DNA of 64,000 bases. Source: Eledone cirrhosa. Lineage: Eukaryota. The translations under genes were made by a program, and so were the position numbers. The stretch's first letter is position 1. Each line of letters begins with the position of its first letter. Location: the NCBI GenBank assembly GCA_964016885.1, contig OZ024758.1, forward strand, positions 7,502,001 through 7,566,000. The letters run 5' to 3'. This document shows positions 28,508-43,082 of this stretch, piece by piece. The notes beneath the pieces are model-generated. The model had not been told where the DNA came from, ran no database searches, and saw only the letters and a list, made by a program, of their open reading frames with translations.

Positions 28508-28779
28508 CATATGTTTAGCTAGACTAACTTATAGCTCTATAGATTATAAGAAAGAAGGTTATAAGAAAGAAGGAATCCGGTCAACATTTTACCTCCATTG
28601 CAAAGATTACAGTTTCTGCCTGAACCGCAGAGTCTCTGAAAGCAGCACCGTTTCCAGCAGGATAACTACCATTATGAACTTTAATCACAAAGTCACCGCC
28701 AGCCTAATGCTTATTGCGACATATGGTTAGTGCTGGCAACCAGTGCTTTATCAGTGGTAGTTTCTTTGAAAAATGTATT

Positions 28780-28811
<32 letters not shown>

Positions 28812-28813
28812 TG

Positions 28814-28849
<36 letters not shown>

Positions 28850-28899
28850 CATGTATATATATATATGTGTATATAAATATGTGTATGTATATATATATA

Positions 28900-28934
<35 letters not shown>

Positions 28935-28937
28935 GTG

Positions 28938-29002
<65 letters not shown>

Positions 29003-29615
29003 CTGTGTGTGTGTGTGTATATATATATATACATACACATTTATATATATATATATATATATACTACTTATATATATATATATATATATATGTAGAAGTT
29101 ATATTTGATTTGTTGGAATTCCGACAAACATAAATGTTTATAACTGATTTAGAGCACTCAACAGTAACTGGAGTAAATATTCAATGATATTGAATATATG
29201 GAAACTATATTAATAAAACCATATTTATTTTATTATATATATTTCAAGGGCAACCAAGCCTCATTTTTATAGCCATGTCAGTAGAATGAACCCCTCATTC
29301 TTGCTCTTGTGTTGGCATGTAAACAGAACTGCAGACGCTAATGTTTCTGGAGATCACCCTTCAACAGTACACCTCACTGTTCCCCTGCCAAACTGTCAGA
29401 GCTAGTGAAAATATATGCTATTTTCTCAAATATACAGTGACTGATCGGCCTGATTTGCATATTGGCAGACTGGCTGATCAGTCAGATCTACATGTGGCGC
29501 AAAAAAGGAGAGACGGTTAGCATTCCCCCTTGACAAGGATGGAAGAGATTATATGATCTTTCTATTCTAACACATATGGGCACTGCTCTGCTACTTCAGA
29601 GCAACCTATTTTTAT

Positions 29616-29804
<189 letters not shown>

Positions 29805-29875
29805 TATTTCTTTATTAGCCACAGGGGCACAAAAGAAGGGGACAAATACAACGGGGGAAGTTTACATACAATAAA
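29805..29875 (-). mobile_element. Very short 3' terminus of the same element in (GATA)n
   Basis: Reverse complement of 44965-45025, flanked on both sides by (GATA)n. Confidence 0.55.
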
Positions 29876-30810
29876 ATAGATAGATAGATAGATAGATAGA
29901 TAGGTAGGTAGATATATGTTTGCCGGATGAAGAAATTATCCGTTGTTGTATGATGTTTACAGCACATCTTGCAATGTAGCTTACTCTTGCTCTACCATCA
30001 GATTGTTTGGTAAACTATGGGGCACAAGTACCCCATCGTTTATGACTTCTTAAAACTCTACATTATTTACAAGTGACATAAACTCTTTCAGAATTTAATG
30101 TAAACTTGCTTGGGGAAAACTAGTAAAGATACGGGTACAGTCTCACCATATTTTTTCGAAGTACCACTCAAAGTTAAGGGTTTCACTTCATTCCTTGGTT
30201 CAGCTATATTATCCAACGATTTATAATGTTGAATATTTTCTAGAAGTCTGTAATTGTAGCTTTATCCTCTCTGCTTTTATAAGTCGTTTTAAAGTTGTGA
30301 TATTTTGATCCGCTGATTGTAGCAAAGAAGTTGTATTCTTAGGGATATATTATATTCTCACATTATCAGAAAATCCATCTAAATTCATCGGATGGCTTGG
30401 TGCATTTTCTAAAATGAGCAATGCTTAGCTGGAAATATATTATTAGGAAGCTTATTAATATTCTTAATGTTGTTAGATCAGGAAGTGTCAAAAGGTTCGT
30501 TAGCTTAACAGTATTTGAGAGAATAGGGTGCATAATTATAGAGCTACTCAAACAAGTTGACGTCTCTGGTGGATATTTGAAGATTTAGGATAAACTTAAA
30601 ATAGATATAACAAGCGTTTTTTTATTTATTAATTAGAAGCCTTAGCTGTGAAAAAATAAACTATTCCTTCGAAAACATAGGTTATTCTTATGTATTTCGA
30701 ATGTTATTACGTGGCCACCAGAGAATAATTATTCCCATCACTATAACAACGCTATACATACCATACAGAATGAAAATGTTCTGATTTGGCGATATAATTA
30801 TATAAATAAA

Positions 30811-30997
30811 GGGCGGTGAATTGGCAGTATCGGTAGAGGGTTGGACGCCATGCTTTCTAGCATAGTTACATCCCTTTACGGTTTGAGTTCAAATCCCGTC
30901 GAGGTTAACTTTGCTTTTCATCCTTACGGGGTCGATAAAATAAAGTACCAGTAATGCACTGGGATAATTGCTGGCCTTGTGCCAATAGTAGAAACAA
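30811..30997 (+). mobile_element. tRNA-derived SINE (Meta/MESC-like core), full length with TSD
   Basis: A box TGGCAGTATCGG, B box GAGTTCAAATCC, core gcttttcatccttacggggtcgataaaataaagtacc; 15-bp TSD TAATTATATAAATAA at 30795-30809 and 30998-31012. Confidence 0.85.
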
Positions 30998-31130
30998 TAA
31001 TTATATAAATAACAAATATTATGAACACAGTGTACGAGATTTGAGAATTCGGGTTAAACTTAAGTAGGTTTAACTACCGAGGCCTTAATGTGAAAAGAAA
31101 GAGCTGTGCAGTATTTCTTCCCATTTTTTA

Positions 31131-31471
31131 CGAGGGTGGACTAAAATGTTCATAGGCTGACTATGAAGGAATGATGCTAGAGCTGTGAAATATTGTGTGC
31201 GTTAATTTCAACCCTTCTTATTAATAACTGCATCGTTTCTTTCCAGGGACTATATTGAAAAATAAATCTCATTTGATCATTCCATGAGAGTATCTTGGTC
31301 AGGCTATGAAGGAATGATGCTAGAGCTGTGAAATATTGTATGTGTTAATTTCAACTCTTCTTATTAATAGCTTCATTGTTTCTTTCTAGAGACTATATTG
31401 AAAAATAAATCTCATTTGGTCATTCCATGAGAGTATCTTGGTCAGCCTATGAATTTTTCAGCCGATACTCG
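31131..31471 (+). mobile_element. Tc1/Mariner-type MITE with two internal 143-bp units
   Basis: TA on both sides; TIRs cgagggtggactaaaatgttcataggctgac / gtcagcctatgaatttttcagccgatactcg. Confidence 0.8.
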
Positions 31472-31724
31472 TATATTCTGTGTTCAAATCCCGCTGAGAT
31501 CAACTTTGCCTTTCACTCTTTCCTGGTTGTCACTAAATAAGAAGGTACTAGTACCAGTTAAGTACTGAAGTTGATTTATTCAACTACCAATCAGGACCTT
31601 GAATCTTTAAGACAGTCCGGCTTTGTCTTCGACTTGGTTTTAGTTATTTTTGCGACGACACTAGTTAAGAACATGATGTGAAGGGGAGAGATTTACTACA
31701 TAACTAACTGTTGGTCATCAATAC

Positions 31725-31922
31725 CAGCCATGCCATATGCGGCCCTTTACAAGCACACCTGCGGCCCACACAAAGGTTTTTACAGCGCGAGTATGTTTTA
31801 TCTTCGTAATATAAATTAAAAAAATGTGTTGTAATGTGCGCAATTAGTTGTCGTGTGTGGCCCTCAGACAACATATATGTGACCCATGTGGGACTTGGGG
31901 GACCCTCAGTTTGACATGCCTT
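31725..31922 (+). mobile_element. hAT MITE, second copy
   Basis: Colinear with 53145-53312. Confidence 0.7.
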
Positions 31923-32099
31923 ATCTATACAACTTTGCCCACGACTGTTTTGCTCAGGGTTAACCTTGGTCGATGAAGCGTCTAATTAAAGACACTCTAG
32001 TTGCGACCATCTCACACTCTGTGTATCAAAGACCACATTAACCGTGCTAAGAAGGTAGGGTGTGATTTAAAATAGATTTTACTGCTATTGCAAAGAGGT

Positions 32100-32428
32100 T
32101 CTTCTTCTAATCCCATAACTCCTAAGGGAGTCGTAGGAGCGCCGTAGTTTCATACGGCGTTTCTAGGGCATTTTTAAAACCTGGTGGAGCCCATCGCTTC
32201 TCTAGGTCTGAATACAGCAGATTTCTTCAGGGAAAGTGTGAGAATGGAAGGGAGAACGAGATATAGTGAGAGAATCAACTACTAGACTTGTACTATTTTT
32301 TTTAACCTTGAATGAATGAAAGGCAAAGTTGACTTCGGTGGGATTTGAACTCAGAGATCAGAGAGCCAAAACGAATAACACAACGGCTTCTATCCAACGC
32401 TCTAACGACTCTACCAATTCGCCGCCTT
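32100..32428 (-). mobile_element. Long-tailed SINE subfamily copy
   Basis: Colinear with 59678-60002; ends ggagttatgggattagaagaagaa. Confidence 0.7.
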
Positions 32429-32679
32429 CAAAGAGTGTAGTGACGGCATATACTAGCGACTATGTTATAAGAGGTGAAACCAACCAGTGATTTATTTTCT
32501 GTGTTTGAGCAGTCATTTCTATTTTATTTTACCGTAGAGAGAATTGAACTCAGCAATGTGAACTGAAGAAATATTACTTCAACTGTGAAGTATGTCGTTC
32601 TGGGATGCCTGTATACAGCTAGCTGGACTGGATGGTACCGATAACAGAATACTTAGAATTTACTGATCTCTTTGCCATT

Positions 32680-32725
<46 letters not shown>

Positions 32726-32896
32726 TTTTACTATCTATCTCTCCTCCTCCTCTCTCTCTGTCATATGTGTATGTGTGTGCGTTTGTGTGCGTGTATGCGC
32801 GCGTACGCGCACGCGTGTACTAACATTGTCTGCAGTTAATGTTTCCGTCCGTTAGCGTATATATATAAATCTCACTCTTACATTCATACTTATATT

Positions 32897-32929
<33 letters not shown>

Positions 32930-34449
32930 ATATATATATGAGAAAGATAGAAGTATGTAAAGTAAAGAGAAACCAAGTTCTGTGAATAAGAAGAGAACTA
33001 GAGAAGAGAATTCACCACCGACTGACTGACTATTTAGCTAGTGAGATGTAATAGAGAATATACTTCAACATACATCTGTCTTGACTGAGTGCATTTCTAT
33101 TACAAATTAGAATAAGATGAAGTGGTTTATAAGAAGACACAACAGTAAGGTTACATTTCTGCTACAATATAACTTTCTGGCTCCCACTGCCATGAATTCT
33201 ATGCGAGTAAGCCGGACATAATTACAAAAGAAAGTCCCCTAAGTACATTCTTCATACTGCTGTTGTAACCTAAACTAGTGCCAAATTTGGAAAGCAAGGA
33301 AATCCCAAACCGCGATAAATTTGTCTCAAGTCCACGTGATAGATAAATACATAAATAAATTCTGCTGTAGTGAGCTGACATTTGATGTTTAGCCTTTGTC
33401 TTGTCATGGGAATTTTATATCAAGTTGTCAGAAAGTAGAATATGTGTAAGGTAAACTGGCCCCACTATTCAACTCTAGTAATTGTGTAGGGGACTGGTGA
33501 GGTCAGATTGTGATTGATTGATTTTCCAAAATAAAACCAAATTGTAACGGCTGGGTTAGTGTATACATGCCATGTGTGTGAGTGTAATTAGAAGAATAAT
33601 CATCCCCCTATCCGAAAAACTATACATGTAGCGTGTGTGTATCTATTGATTTGAGTATATTTTCTGTAATGTATATCTGTTTCTACGCTTTCATACGGGT
33701 ATCAATGAACATATCTGAGTACGTGCGTGTTTGTGTTTGAATATGTTAGGCTGTATATATATGATTAAATGTTCATTGTTTGTATTTCCACTGGAGACAA
33801 GACGTATATCTCCTCCCACACCACTCCGAAGCCATCATTCTCCTCCATGATATCAACGCTCACAACTTCTCATAGCTCTTATGTTGATCCCACACCAAGG
33901 CCGCTAGTATTTTAATCGCTTCTTTCGCAATCCAGAACTCTTTACGTCAACTTATCTCCCATACGACACCCACAACCCAGTATCTGCTGGACATTTTATA
34001 ACCTCCAGTCTTGGATAATATTGTTTTCTAGGGAGTAATGAACACTTGAAACTTGAATCTGACTCACAGATCAGTCTCATTCGTAAAAAAAATCACCCTC
34101 TCCTTCATACTTTTCACAAAAGTAGTTTGGGTTCTAGATTATGGTGGATTCAGTCTGTTCTCACCAGGCCGTGCTTATTCCTGGTTGTCTTGGCGTTAAA
34201 CGACAGAGAATACAAGACTCTCCCTGGATAGGACGCCGGTCTACCTCAGGTTTAACTCCCCAGCAACTGCTGGTACTCACTCTCAGCTGAGTGTACTGGA
34301 GCAACGTTAAATAAAATGTTTTGCTCAAGAACACAACGCAACAGCCTTCTTCTTCTTCTTCTTCTTCTTCTTCTTCTTCTTCTTCTTCTTCTTCTTCTTC
34401 TTTTGAGCATTAGCTCACAAGGTGGTCGTTATTTTTTAATCCTAGGAAT

Positions 34450-34900
34450 ACCAGAATTTAATTTTTCATAAACACTGTTATTCACAAATGTGTATTCTGT
34501 CGACTGTCAGCAACGGATCAGAAACCTGTAACCTAACAGAAAAAGCAAACTTTAAATGCAAAGACCCCACGAAACATTATATGGCAAGATTAAAAAAACT
34601 TCCAAATAGATACGAGAAAAAAAAAATGTTTTTTCGTGATATGTTAGAAATCATTAGCAAAGCAAAATAGAAGTGGATGGGACACGTGACTAGAATGATT
34701 GACAACAGATGGACCACCCCACATCCCCTTCTGGACCCCACCAGGTCACATAAGAAACCAAGGACGCCAGAGGATCAAGTGGTGAGAGAATCTCTAGAAA
34801 ATTGAAACATTTTGGCGACCACGACTGGCTCAGGATTGGTAAAGATGGCGTGGCTCGGGGAGGGCTTATGTCCAACGACGGTTTTCACAGGGCTGAAGAT
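34450..34900 (+). mobile_element. RTE-like LINE 3' fragment
   Basis: CILSTVSNGSETCNLT...KWMGHVTRM...GRQR across frameshifts; followed by a degenerate (GATGA)n tail to about 35070. Confidence 0.6.
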
Positions 34901-35704
34901 GAGATGTGATGTGAAATGTGATGTTATCTACTGAAGATGTGATGAGATGAGATGTTATCTACTGAAGATGAGATGTAATATTCTCTGAAGATGAGATGAG
35001 ATGTAATGTTATCTACTGAAGATGAGATGAGATGAGATGAGATGTTATCTCCTAAAGATGAGATGTGATGTTATCTTAATAAGATCTGTGTGCTATGTAG
35101 ATCTATTCTGATGGAATAGATCTACATAGCAAACAAATCTTATTAAGATCTTATCTCAAATGGGATCTAAATTAAGTATTTCTTCCTTTCACCTTTATCG
35201 TTCAACTACTAAAGAAACAGATTGTTTAAGTCTCATGTAAAGTACATCTTATAATAGAAGTTCATTTGTCATTGCTAACAACAGAAACCAAATTATCTGA
35301 ACCATCTTTAAAGGAAAATTACTGCCCACTCAGAAAAAATTTAAACAAGTAATAGTGTTAGTTTCTTTTGAAGAAAATTATTTTTTTTTCTCTTGAAAAT
35401 TACTATTTCTGTTAATGTTCAGTAACTATAATAATTATAATTATTTTAGTCATTAGACATTTTATGCATAATTATGCATAATCCGAATTACTTTCTTTTA
35501 TAAAGTTTCCATTAATTGACATTATGTTAACTTAATTATATCTACAGAATCAACTATAATTTGTTTTAATTCTGACTTGACTTAAAATTACTAGAAACCT
35601 ACCTTATTAACAATGATCGGTATTGATGATCTAGTTGTTAATAATTCAATTTACTCAGTATTTTTTTTTAAATGCAGCAATATATGTGTATATATATGTA
35701 TATA

Positions 35705-35822
<118 letters not shown>

Positions 35823-35894
35823 CAATTAACAATTCAGGACCCCGACAACTAGATCTAGCTGGTGAAACGGCCGGAGTTCAGCCGTTGGGGTCCT

Positions 35895-36075
35895 TACAAT
35901 AATACTAACTATAGACCCTACAATAATACTAACTATAGACCCTACAATAATACTAACTATAGACCCTACAATAATACTAACTATAGACATTACAATAATA
36001 CTAACTATAGACCTAACAATAATACTAACTATAGACCTAACAATAATACTAACTATAGACCTAACAATAATACAA
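35895..36075 (+). repeat. 24-bp tandem repeat, about 7 copies
   Basis: Unit tacaataatactaactatagaccc; single-unit relatives at 36553-36675 and 36855-36995. Confidence 0.9.
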
Positions 36076-36224
36076 ACAACACAGAAAGCATTGATGTCTT
36101 AAACCAAGAATATTTAGTACGACAGTGACTTTATGAGCCCGTTTGGCTTTCTGAATGTCACGCCTATAGAAAAATTACCATGAATTTAACAGTGTTTTAG
36201 CTTGCTTGAAGCTTTGTTGAATAG

Positions 36225-36527
36225 GAAACTCAAATTCAAATAATTTTGAAAACCAAACAATGCATTAGAAAGAAAATTAAATTGCCAAGATAACAAAAGA
36301 ATCTTACCGTAGCAAATTTAATTATCCCAAATATTTTCGGGTCTAAAAACCCATTATCAAGTGAGTAACCCTATGAGAGACTTAAAAATCGATCGGAATT
36401 GACTTTCACCCGAAAATATTTGGGATCATTAAATTTGCTAAGGTAAGATTCGATTGTTACCTTGGCAATTTCATTTTCTTTTTATTGTATTGTTTGGTTT
36501 TCCAAATTATTTAAATTTGTGTTACCA
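36225..36527. mobile_element. Imperfect fold-back cassette, family D
   Basis: About 115-bp diverged inverted arms; the right arm starts inside HHR stem II (acccgaaaatatttggga). Homologous to 16930-17080. Confidence 0.55.
36325..36364 (-). ncRNA. Minimal hammerhead-like ribozyme, second U3-A8 family
   Basis: Minus strand tcac-TTGATAA-t-gggt ttttag accc-GAAAATATT T-ggga: stem II gggt/accc, palindromic stem III AATATT. The homologue at 17007-17046 has an intact stem I (tccc/ggga). Confidence 0.5.
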
Positions 36528-37374
36528 TGAATTAGTTTTTATTAGTTTATTAATTTTATGACGTTAAATTTTAAAGAACTTTTCTACGTTTCAATTCTGA
36601 GTAACCTCTACTAACTATAAAGCTCGCAGTAATACTAACAACGTAGAAAACATTGATGTCTTAAACTAATAACATTTATAGATATCTGTTCCAAATTCTT
36701 AATTTGTTGGGCTGCTTGTGCTGTAACTGGTACATCGCACCCCTTCCTAGCGGACACGACGTCCAGTCCTATGTATATCTGCCGCAGCTGTTCAAAATTA
36801 ATTCACACCATGCTGTATGGATTCAATATTTCTCAGAACATGACAGTATTTTGTATTTTATGACGTTAAATTTTAAAGAGCTTTTTTACGTTTCGATTAG
36901 GAGTAACCCCTACTAACTATAGACCTCACAGTAATACTAACGACACAAAGAGCATTGATGTCTTAAACCAAGAATATTTAGTACGACAGCAACTTTACGA
37001 TGAGCCATATTTCATGCAGACGTTTGCTGGAAAAAAGTCGTCCATGCTTGGCTTACGTCATTAATGACTCTGATAAAAGTACGAGTTCCACAATATCGCA
37101 TTAATTCATCACCTAAAGAAGAATAAATAAATAAAATATATATTATATGGCCAATAGAATCAGGAAATGGATCAATAAAAAGTAAAATAATGTTAGGTTT
37201 GGTGGTGATTAGTTGTAATGTTTCTTCCAAACAAATGGCAGCGCGTGCGGGTCACGTTTGAAGTAATAAATTAGAAAACTTTGTTTTGCTTTCCTTCTTA
37301 AATGTACATACATATATTAACATGCATATATACACACACATATATATATATATAAGGTGTCTATATATAACGTA

Positions 37375-37445
<71 letters not shown>

Positions 37446-37557
37446 ATATATATACATATATGTGTGTGTGTGTGTACACACACATATATATATATGCATA
37501 TATTTACATGCATACACACACATATATATATAGGGTGTGAATATATATAAATAAATT

Positions 37558-37601
<44 letters not shown>

Positions 37602-38714
37602 TATATAGGATATATATATAGAGAGGGAGGTGGGGGAGCTAGAAAAGGGGCCGACTTAATGAGGTTTATTGAAGGTGGTAGTTAAATTAATGATATTCCG
37701 GAAATTTACACCATAAATATTTCAACTCCGTTGTTAACATTCCTTAAACTGTGTATCTATGGCCAATTGCGAACTTAATTAATTATTGACTAATTATAAT
37801 GATTGCATGTTGAAATAGCTATGATAATGAGAATTTTAATGAAGGAGAATTGTGCTACTTTCTGATGCACCCCCCACCCCCTCTATCCACCCATCACCTT
37901 TTTTTTTTTTTTTTTTTAGATGTTGGATTTCTTGAGAGGACAAGAGGTGTATATATTATATATAGGGGTACTTTCAGAAACGGGTAGAAGAATACGTTAG
38001 CAGGGTATCTGTGTGGGTGGGAAGATGTGTGTATGTGAGTGCGTGCATGTGTGTGTAAGGAGAAGAGGAGAAGAGGATAAGAGAAGAAGGGTCATGATGA
38101 TAACGACGACGACGACGATGATGATGATGATGATAATGAGGACGAGAACGATGATGATGATGATGATGAGGGGGGAGGAGGAGGGAAAAAGAAGCTGTGG
38201 AGATCGGTGTTTAATTAGTGATTTTGTCAGTACAAGAATTTCGTGAGTCTTTCAGGAAATTGATTATTTGGAAATAGTGATGGCAATTTATGAGGTGTGT
38301 TTATGTTAACTGTCTTTGGAGAAGAAAATTCTAGTCGAAGATAATCATGTCATTAGAGCCCAGAACAGTACAAAGACAATGTAAATATCTAATTTTATTA
38401 TAACAGAATGAGCCTCAGTCGGTTTCGATGACGAGTGTGTCAGTTGTTTAATCAATAGAAAAGCTTGTTCATGAAATTAATGTGTACATTTAGTGTAATT
38501 TGTGGGGAGATTCAGAATGACACAGAATGTGTCAAGGTTGGCCCTGTGGATTACAGGTACAGCCCGTTCACCAGACGGGCTTCCGAACAGTTTCCGTTTA
38601 CCAATCTTCACTCAAAAGGTCTGTGTCGACCATAAGCAATGGTAAATGACAATCACCATGATAGTACTTAGTGGGATCGAACTCCTTACCTTAAGATTTG
38701 GCCAGGCTTCGTCT

Positions 38715-38905
38715 GGTGGATTGGCAGTATCAGTAAAGGGTCTAATGCCATGCTCTGCAGCAAAGAGTTACGGCCCTTTATGGTCTGAGTTCAAACCCCG
38801 TCGAGGTTAACTTTGCCTTTCATCCTTTACAGAGTCGATAAAATAAAGTACCAGTAATTCACTGGAATAATTGCTGACCTTGTGCCAAAAGTAGAAACAA
38901 TTATT
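38715..38905 (+). mobile_element. Same SINE family
   Basis: Full head, core and tail. Confidence 0.8.
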
Positions 38906-39848
38906 ACAACATAAAGCATTCTATGCAAAGTTCTAACGACTCTACCAATTCGGCGCCTTCTCGAAGACTACAGCTAAAATATTACATTGTTACACCGTAA
39001 AACATTTTTAATCAACATAACTGCACTCAATGACTTCACCAGACGAATTACTAGAGCATTTATCGTTCTACTTGTGTTGAACGATAAATAAATGTCAATA
39101 TATATATATGTCCTCTTATGTATCGCCTTTAAGCTATGTTCGTTAGTTTACATAGTCTATGGTTTAAACTAACGTTGCATCTACGTGTTTCTCTGTTGTA
39201 AGAATTATACTTTCGTTGAAGTATATAAAAGAAGAAAAATTGCGAGGAAATTAAGAAAAACATTTTAAGTGAGGAGAGCTACACGACAGAAGAACGGATT
39301 CACAAGATTGTCTGTAGAACATCTTTAATACTTGAATAAAGTTTGAAAAATTTCAGAATCATTTCAGAATTCTTAATTTTAGTTAGAACGCACAAACACG
39401 CGCGCGCACACACACGCAGGTACACTCAAACATACACACCAAAAACACCACAAACAAACACACACAGATACAGACAAACAAACACACACAGATACACACA
39501 CACACACAAACAAACACAAACACATACAAACACACAAACCAAGACTTAGGAGCTGGCAGAAACTTCATCCCTCCACATCGAGAATTCGAATCAATTGGCG
39601 ATCGATTTGCTCCTACCCTTTCATGTATGTACTAGAACTGATTCAAAGGACTGTTTCTCTACAAATTTGTGGCCACATACCAATTTAAGTAACCAATATT
39701 AACGTTAATCAATATTGGCTAGTAATAATTAATATTTTAAGGTTAGTAGGTTCTTGGTTCACATCAAACTAATCCTTTTATCACATTGGATACACAGGGG
39801 ACTGAAAGCTGTAGAGTAATATTATAAATACACTGATACACTTGTATA

Positions 39849-40312
39849 CGAGGGTTGGTTGAAAGGTTCATAGGCTGACCAAGATACTCTCATGGAATGA
39901 TCAAACGAGGTATATTTTTCAACATTTATATATTTATATATCAATATTTATATATTTGACTTCTGTTTATGCCATATAACTAAAGATTAAAGTAATCTTG
40001 ATAACTTGTTTTTACCAAGATACTCTCATGGAATGACCAAATGAGGTTTATTTTTCAACATAGTCCCTAGAAAGGAACAATGCAGTTATTAATAAGAAGA
40101 GTTAAAATTAATGCCGGTAAGATTTTACAGCTCTAGCATCACTCCTTTATAGGCTGATCAAGATACTCTCATGGAATGACCAAATGAGGTTTATTTTTCA
40201 ACATAGTCCCTGGAAAGAAACAATGCAATTATTAATAAGAACAGTTGAAATTAATGCTAGTAAGATTTCACAGCTCTAGCAGCACTCCTTCATAGGCTGA
40301 CCAAGATACACT
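39849..40312 (-). mobile_element. Same MITE with three or more internal units
   Basis: caagatac(t/a)ctc recurs at about 39880, 40016, 40159 and 40302. Confidence 0.75.
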
Positions 40313-40987
40313 CTCCAATCACTCAGAATCTGTCACTTGGCTTCAAAACAAACATTTTAGCCATCATCAAACTAATGTATCTTGAATGAAATAAGATTAC
40401 ACTTTTTATTAATGATCAATTTTGGTTCATACTGTTGTTGTTTAATCACATAGCATTGTTAAAATCGATAAACATCCTTTGCATCATCATCATCATCATC
40501 ATCATCACCACTACTTTTTACTCGAACAACATAATCCATTTTACTACTTAAGTCTGAGCAGCTCATCACACAAACTATATATATTCTCATTTCAACCTAT
40601 CTGTCAAAGCTGTTCATCTCTGGTGAATATATATGACTTATATATATTTATACAGCGAAGAAACACTCTATACTACAAGGAAACTAAAAGAACAAAAAAA
40701 AAAAAACAAAAAAAAAACGGTTCAATTTGTTTCAAAGCGCAATGATTGATGTGATTGATTGTGGACATATAATGAAATAACATGAGTTGGTTGAACTGAA
40801 ACACGAAATTGGATACAATATGAAAGTTGTTTAATCATATCGACTAAGGTAAAAATCTATTTATTAATTATTCACCCCAAAACTCCTCTGTAAAGTCCCT
40901 GACCTGTGTGTGATGCAGCCCAGTTCTTTGTGTAAAAAATATTATGCACAGAGCTTTCGATACAATTTTGAGATTGGTGTGGGCCTT

Positions 40988-41210
40988 AGGGCAGTGGATT
41001 GGCAGTATCGGTAGAGGGTCGGACACCATGCTTTGCAGCATAGAGTTACACTCCTTTACAGTCTGAGTTCAAATCCTGCCGAGGTTAACTTTGCCTTTCA
41101 TCCTTACGGGGTTGGATAAAATAAAGTACCAGTAATGTACTGGGGTCAATTTAATCGACTTCCCCCTCTCCCCAAATTAGGGCTTGTGCCGATACTAGAA
41201 ACCATTATTA
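40988..41210 (+). mobile_element. Same SINE family
   Basis: Full head, core and tail. Confidence 0.8.
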
Positions 41211-42268
41211 ACTGACGTCTTTTTATCACCAATACGAGACTAAGAAAGAAATTAAAAACCTGATCATACTAACATATTTAGAGTCAATAGAAAAGCAGTT
41301 TAGTAAAACCAAAGTACAGGAGGGGCTCAAGCCCCAAAAGTTCCTTAATCCTGGAAGGCTTGATGCAACGTTTGCAGGAGAATACAAACGCATATCGCAT
41401 CTTCGAATTCGTAATTGCTGGCCTTGTGCCATAAGTAGAAACAATATTATACTGCACTACCATGAAGACAAACACGACAACGATAAAAAATGTGAGCCAC
41501 AGAACTATACTTCGTCTCTTCTTTTCTCTATCCCGTAACCCCCGATGGAGTCGTAGGGCGCCATATTGACACCTTATTCGGATCATCAGCTCGGTTTGTA
41601 TATATATATATATTGGCACACATCATATCAGGAAGCAGAAAATTTAGCGGTAAGTTTAGATTTTAATTATGAAAAATAATGAGTCATCTTTCTTCACAAA
41701 TTAAAGAGAAAAAAATAATAAAAACACACAAACAAAACCAAAACTATAAGACTGCATTATTTTCACATTCCAGACAGATTAAATTGCCTTGAAGTGGCAA
41801 CTTTTACTATTTTAGGAAATTTTAGGAAATTTAATAGAAAGAAGAAATAAATTGTAAATTCGTGGTGTTTATTTTAGTAATCAAATATTCTGTAAACATT
41901 AATTATATATAATTATGTTTAATCTAAAGTTTTGAATAAAGTTCTTTACAAAAAGAATGAAAGCTTAGCTCTAAAGTTATCCATGACCATTAGATGAGTT
42001 TGAATGGGAAAACATAGGAATTTATTTCCTTTTACTGAAGATAAATTAATAATTTATACATATAAACATATATATGTACATTATATATATATATATAAAT
42101 AAATATAGATATACATCATATACATACATAGATATAAATTGAATATATATCTATACAAACACACACATACATACAAATATATATATTTACACACACATAT
42201 ATATATTGTTGTTATTTGTGTTTACCTTTTACATACATATATATATATACACATATATATATATTTAT

Positions 42269-42317
<49 letters not shown>

Positions 42318-43082
42318 AATACACATATATATATATAATACACATGCACATACATACATATATATACATTATATACCTACATATTTATGAATGTGTGTGT
42401 GTATTATTCTCTTCTTACACAGAAAAACAAGAGAGATTGTCTTCACACATTTTATGGCTAATTGATCATTCATCAGAGGATAACTTCCCTTATTCTGCCA
42501 TCCTTGAAGAAAGCTGAACTCTAGTCAAATGCTAATTATATCAAACACAAAGGAAGGCTTAACTCGTTTTATTTGCATAATGTGCATTTATTGGTAGTAT
42601 AATTAATTAAATAATAGATATTTATAACAAAACTTATATCAAAAATTTTATGCTAAATTTTATTAACATGACCTGTTTTTATAATGAAATATGCTCAATT
42701 TTAATTAATTAACGAAGAATTTTGAAAGATTTCCTAAAGTTATTAATAATTTCATTACAAAGATAGTAACTTAATGTAAGGTTTCTGATATAAAATTATA
42801 TTGGAAGATTTTGATTTAAACAGGAACCCTTTAAAATGAGTGGTTTTATTTCATAGAACCAGAGCTTGTATTGGCATCAAAAGCTTTATTAATCAAATCA
42901 GGCTATATTGGGTTGATGGCCTGACATTCTCCTAAAATTGAGAAGAGCACAGAATCGACTTCTTCAATAATGAGTTAATATGCAGCTTCCATAATCTAGG
43001 ACTTCAGATATCTGTTGATACTAAATTAACAGGGGTGGATTTCTTGGATATTTTCTCTCAAATTAGTCATAAATACATAAAG

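Noticed and set aside
28700-28760. Hammerhead on the minus strand (CTGATAA...ATATGTC)
   Set aside because: GAAA is absent and the 3-8 pair is broken; too degenerate to call.
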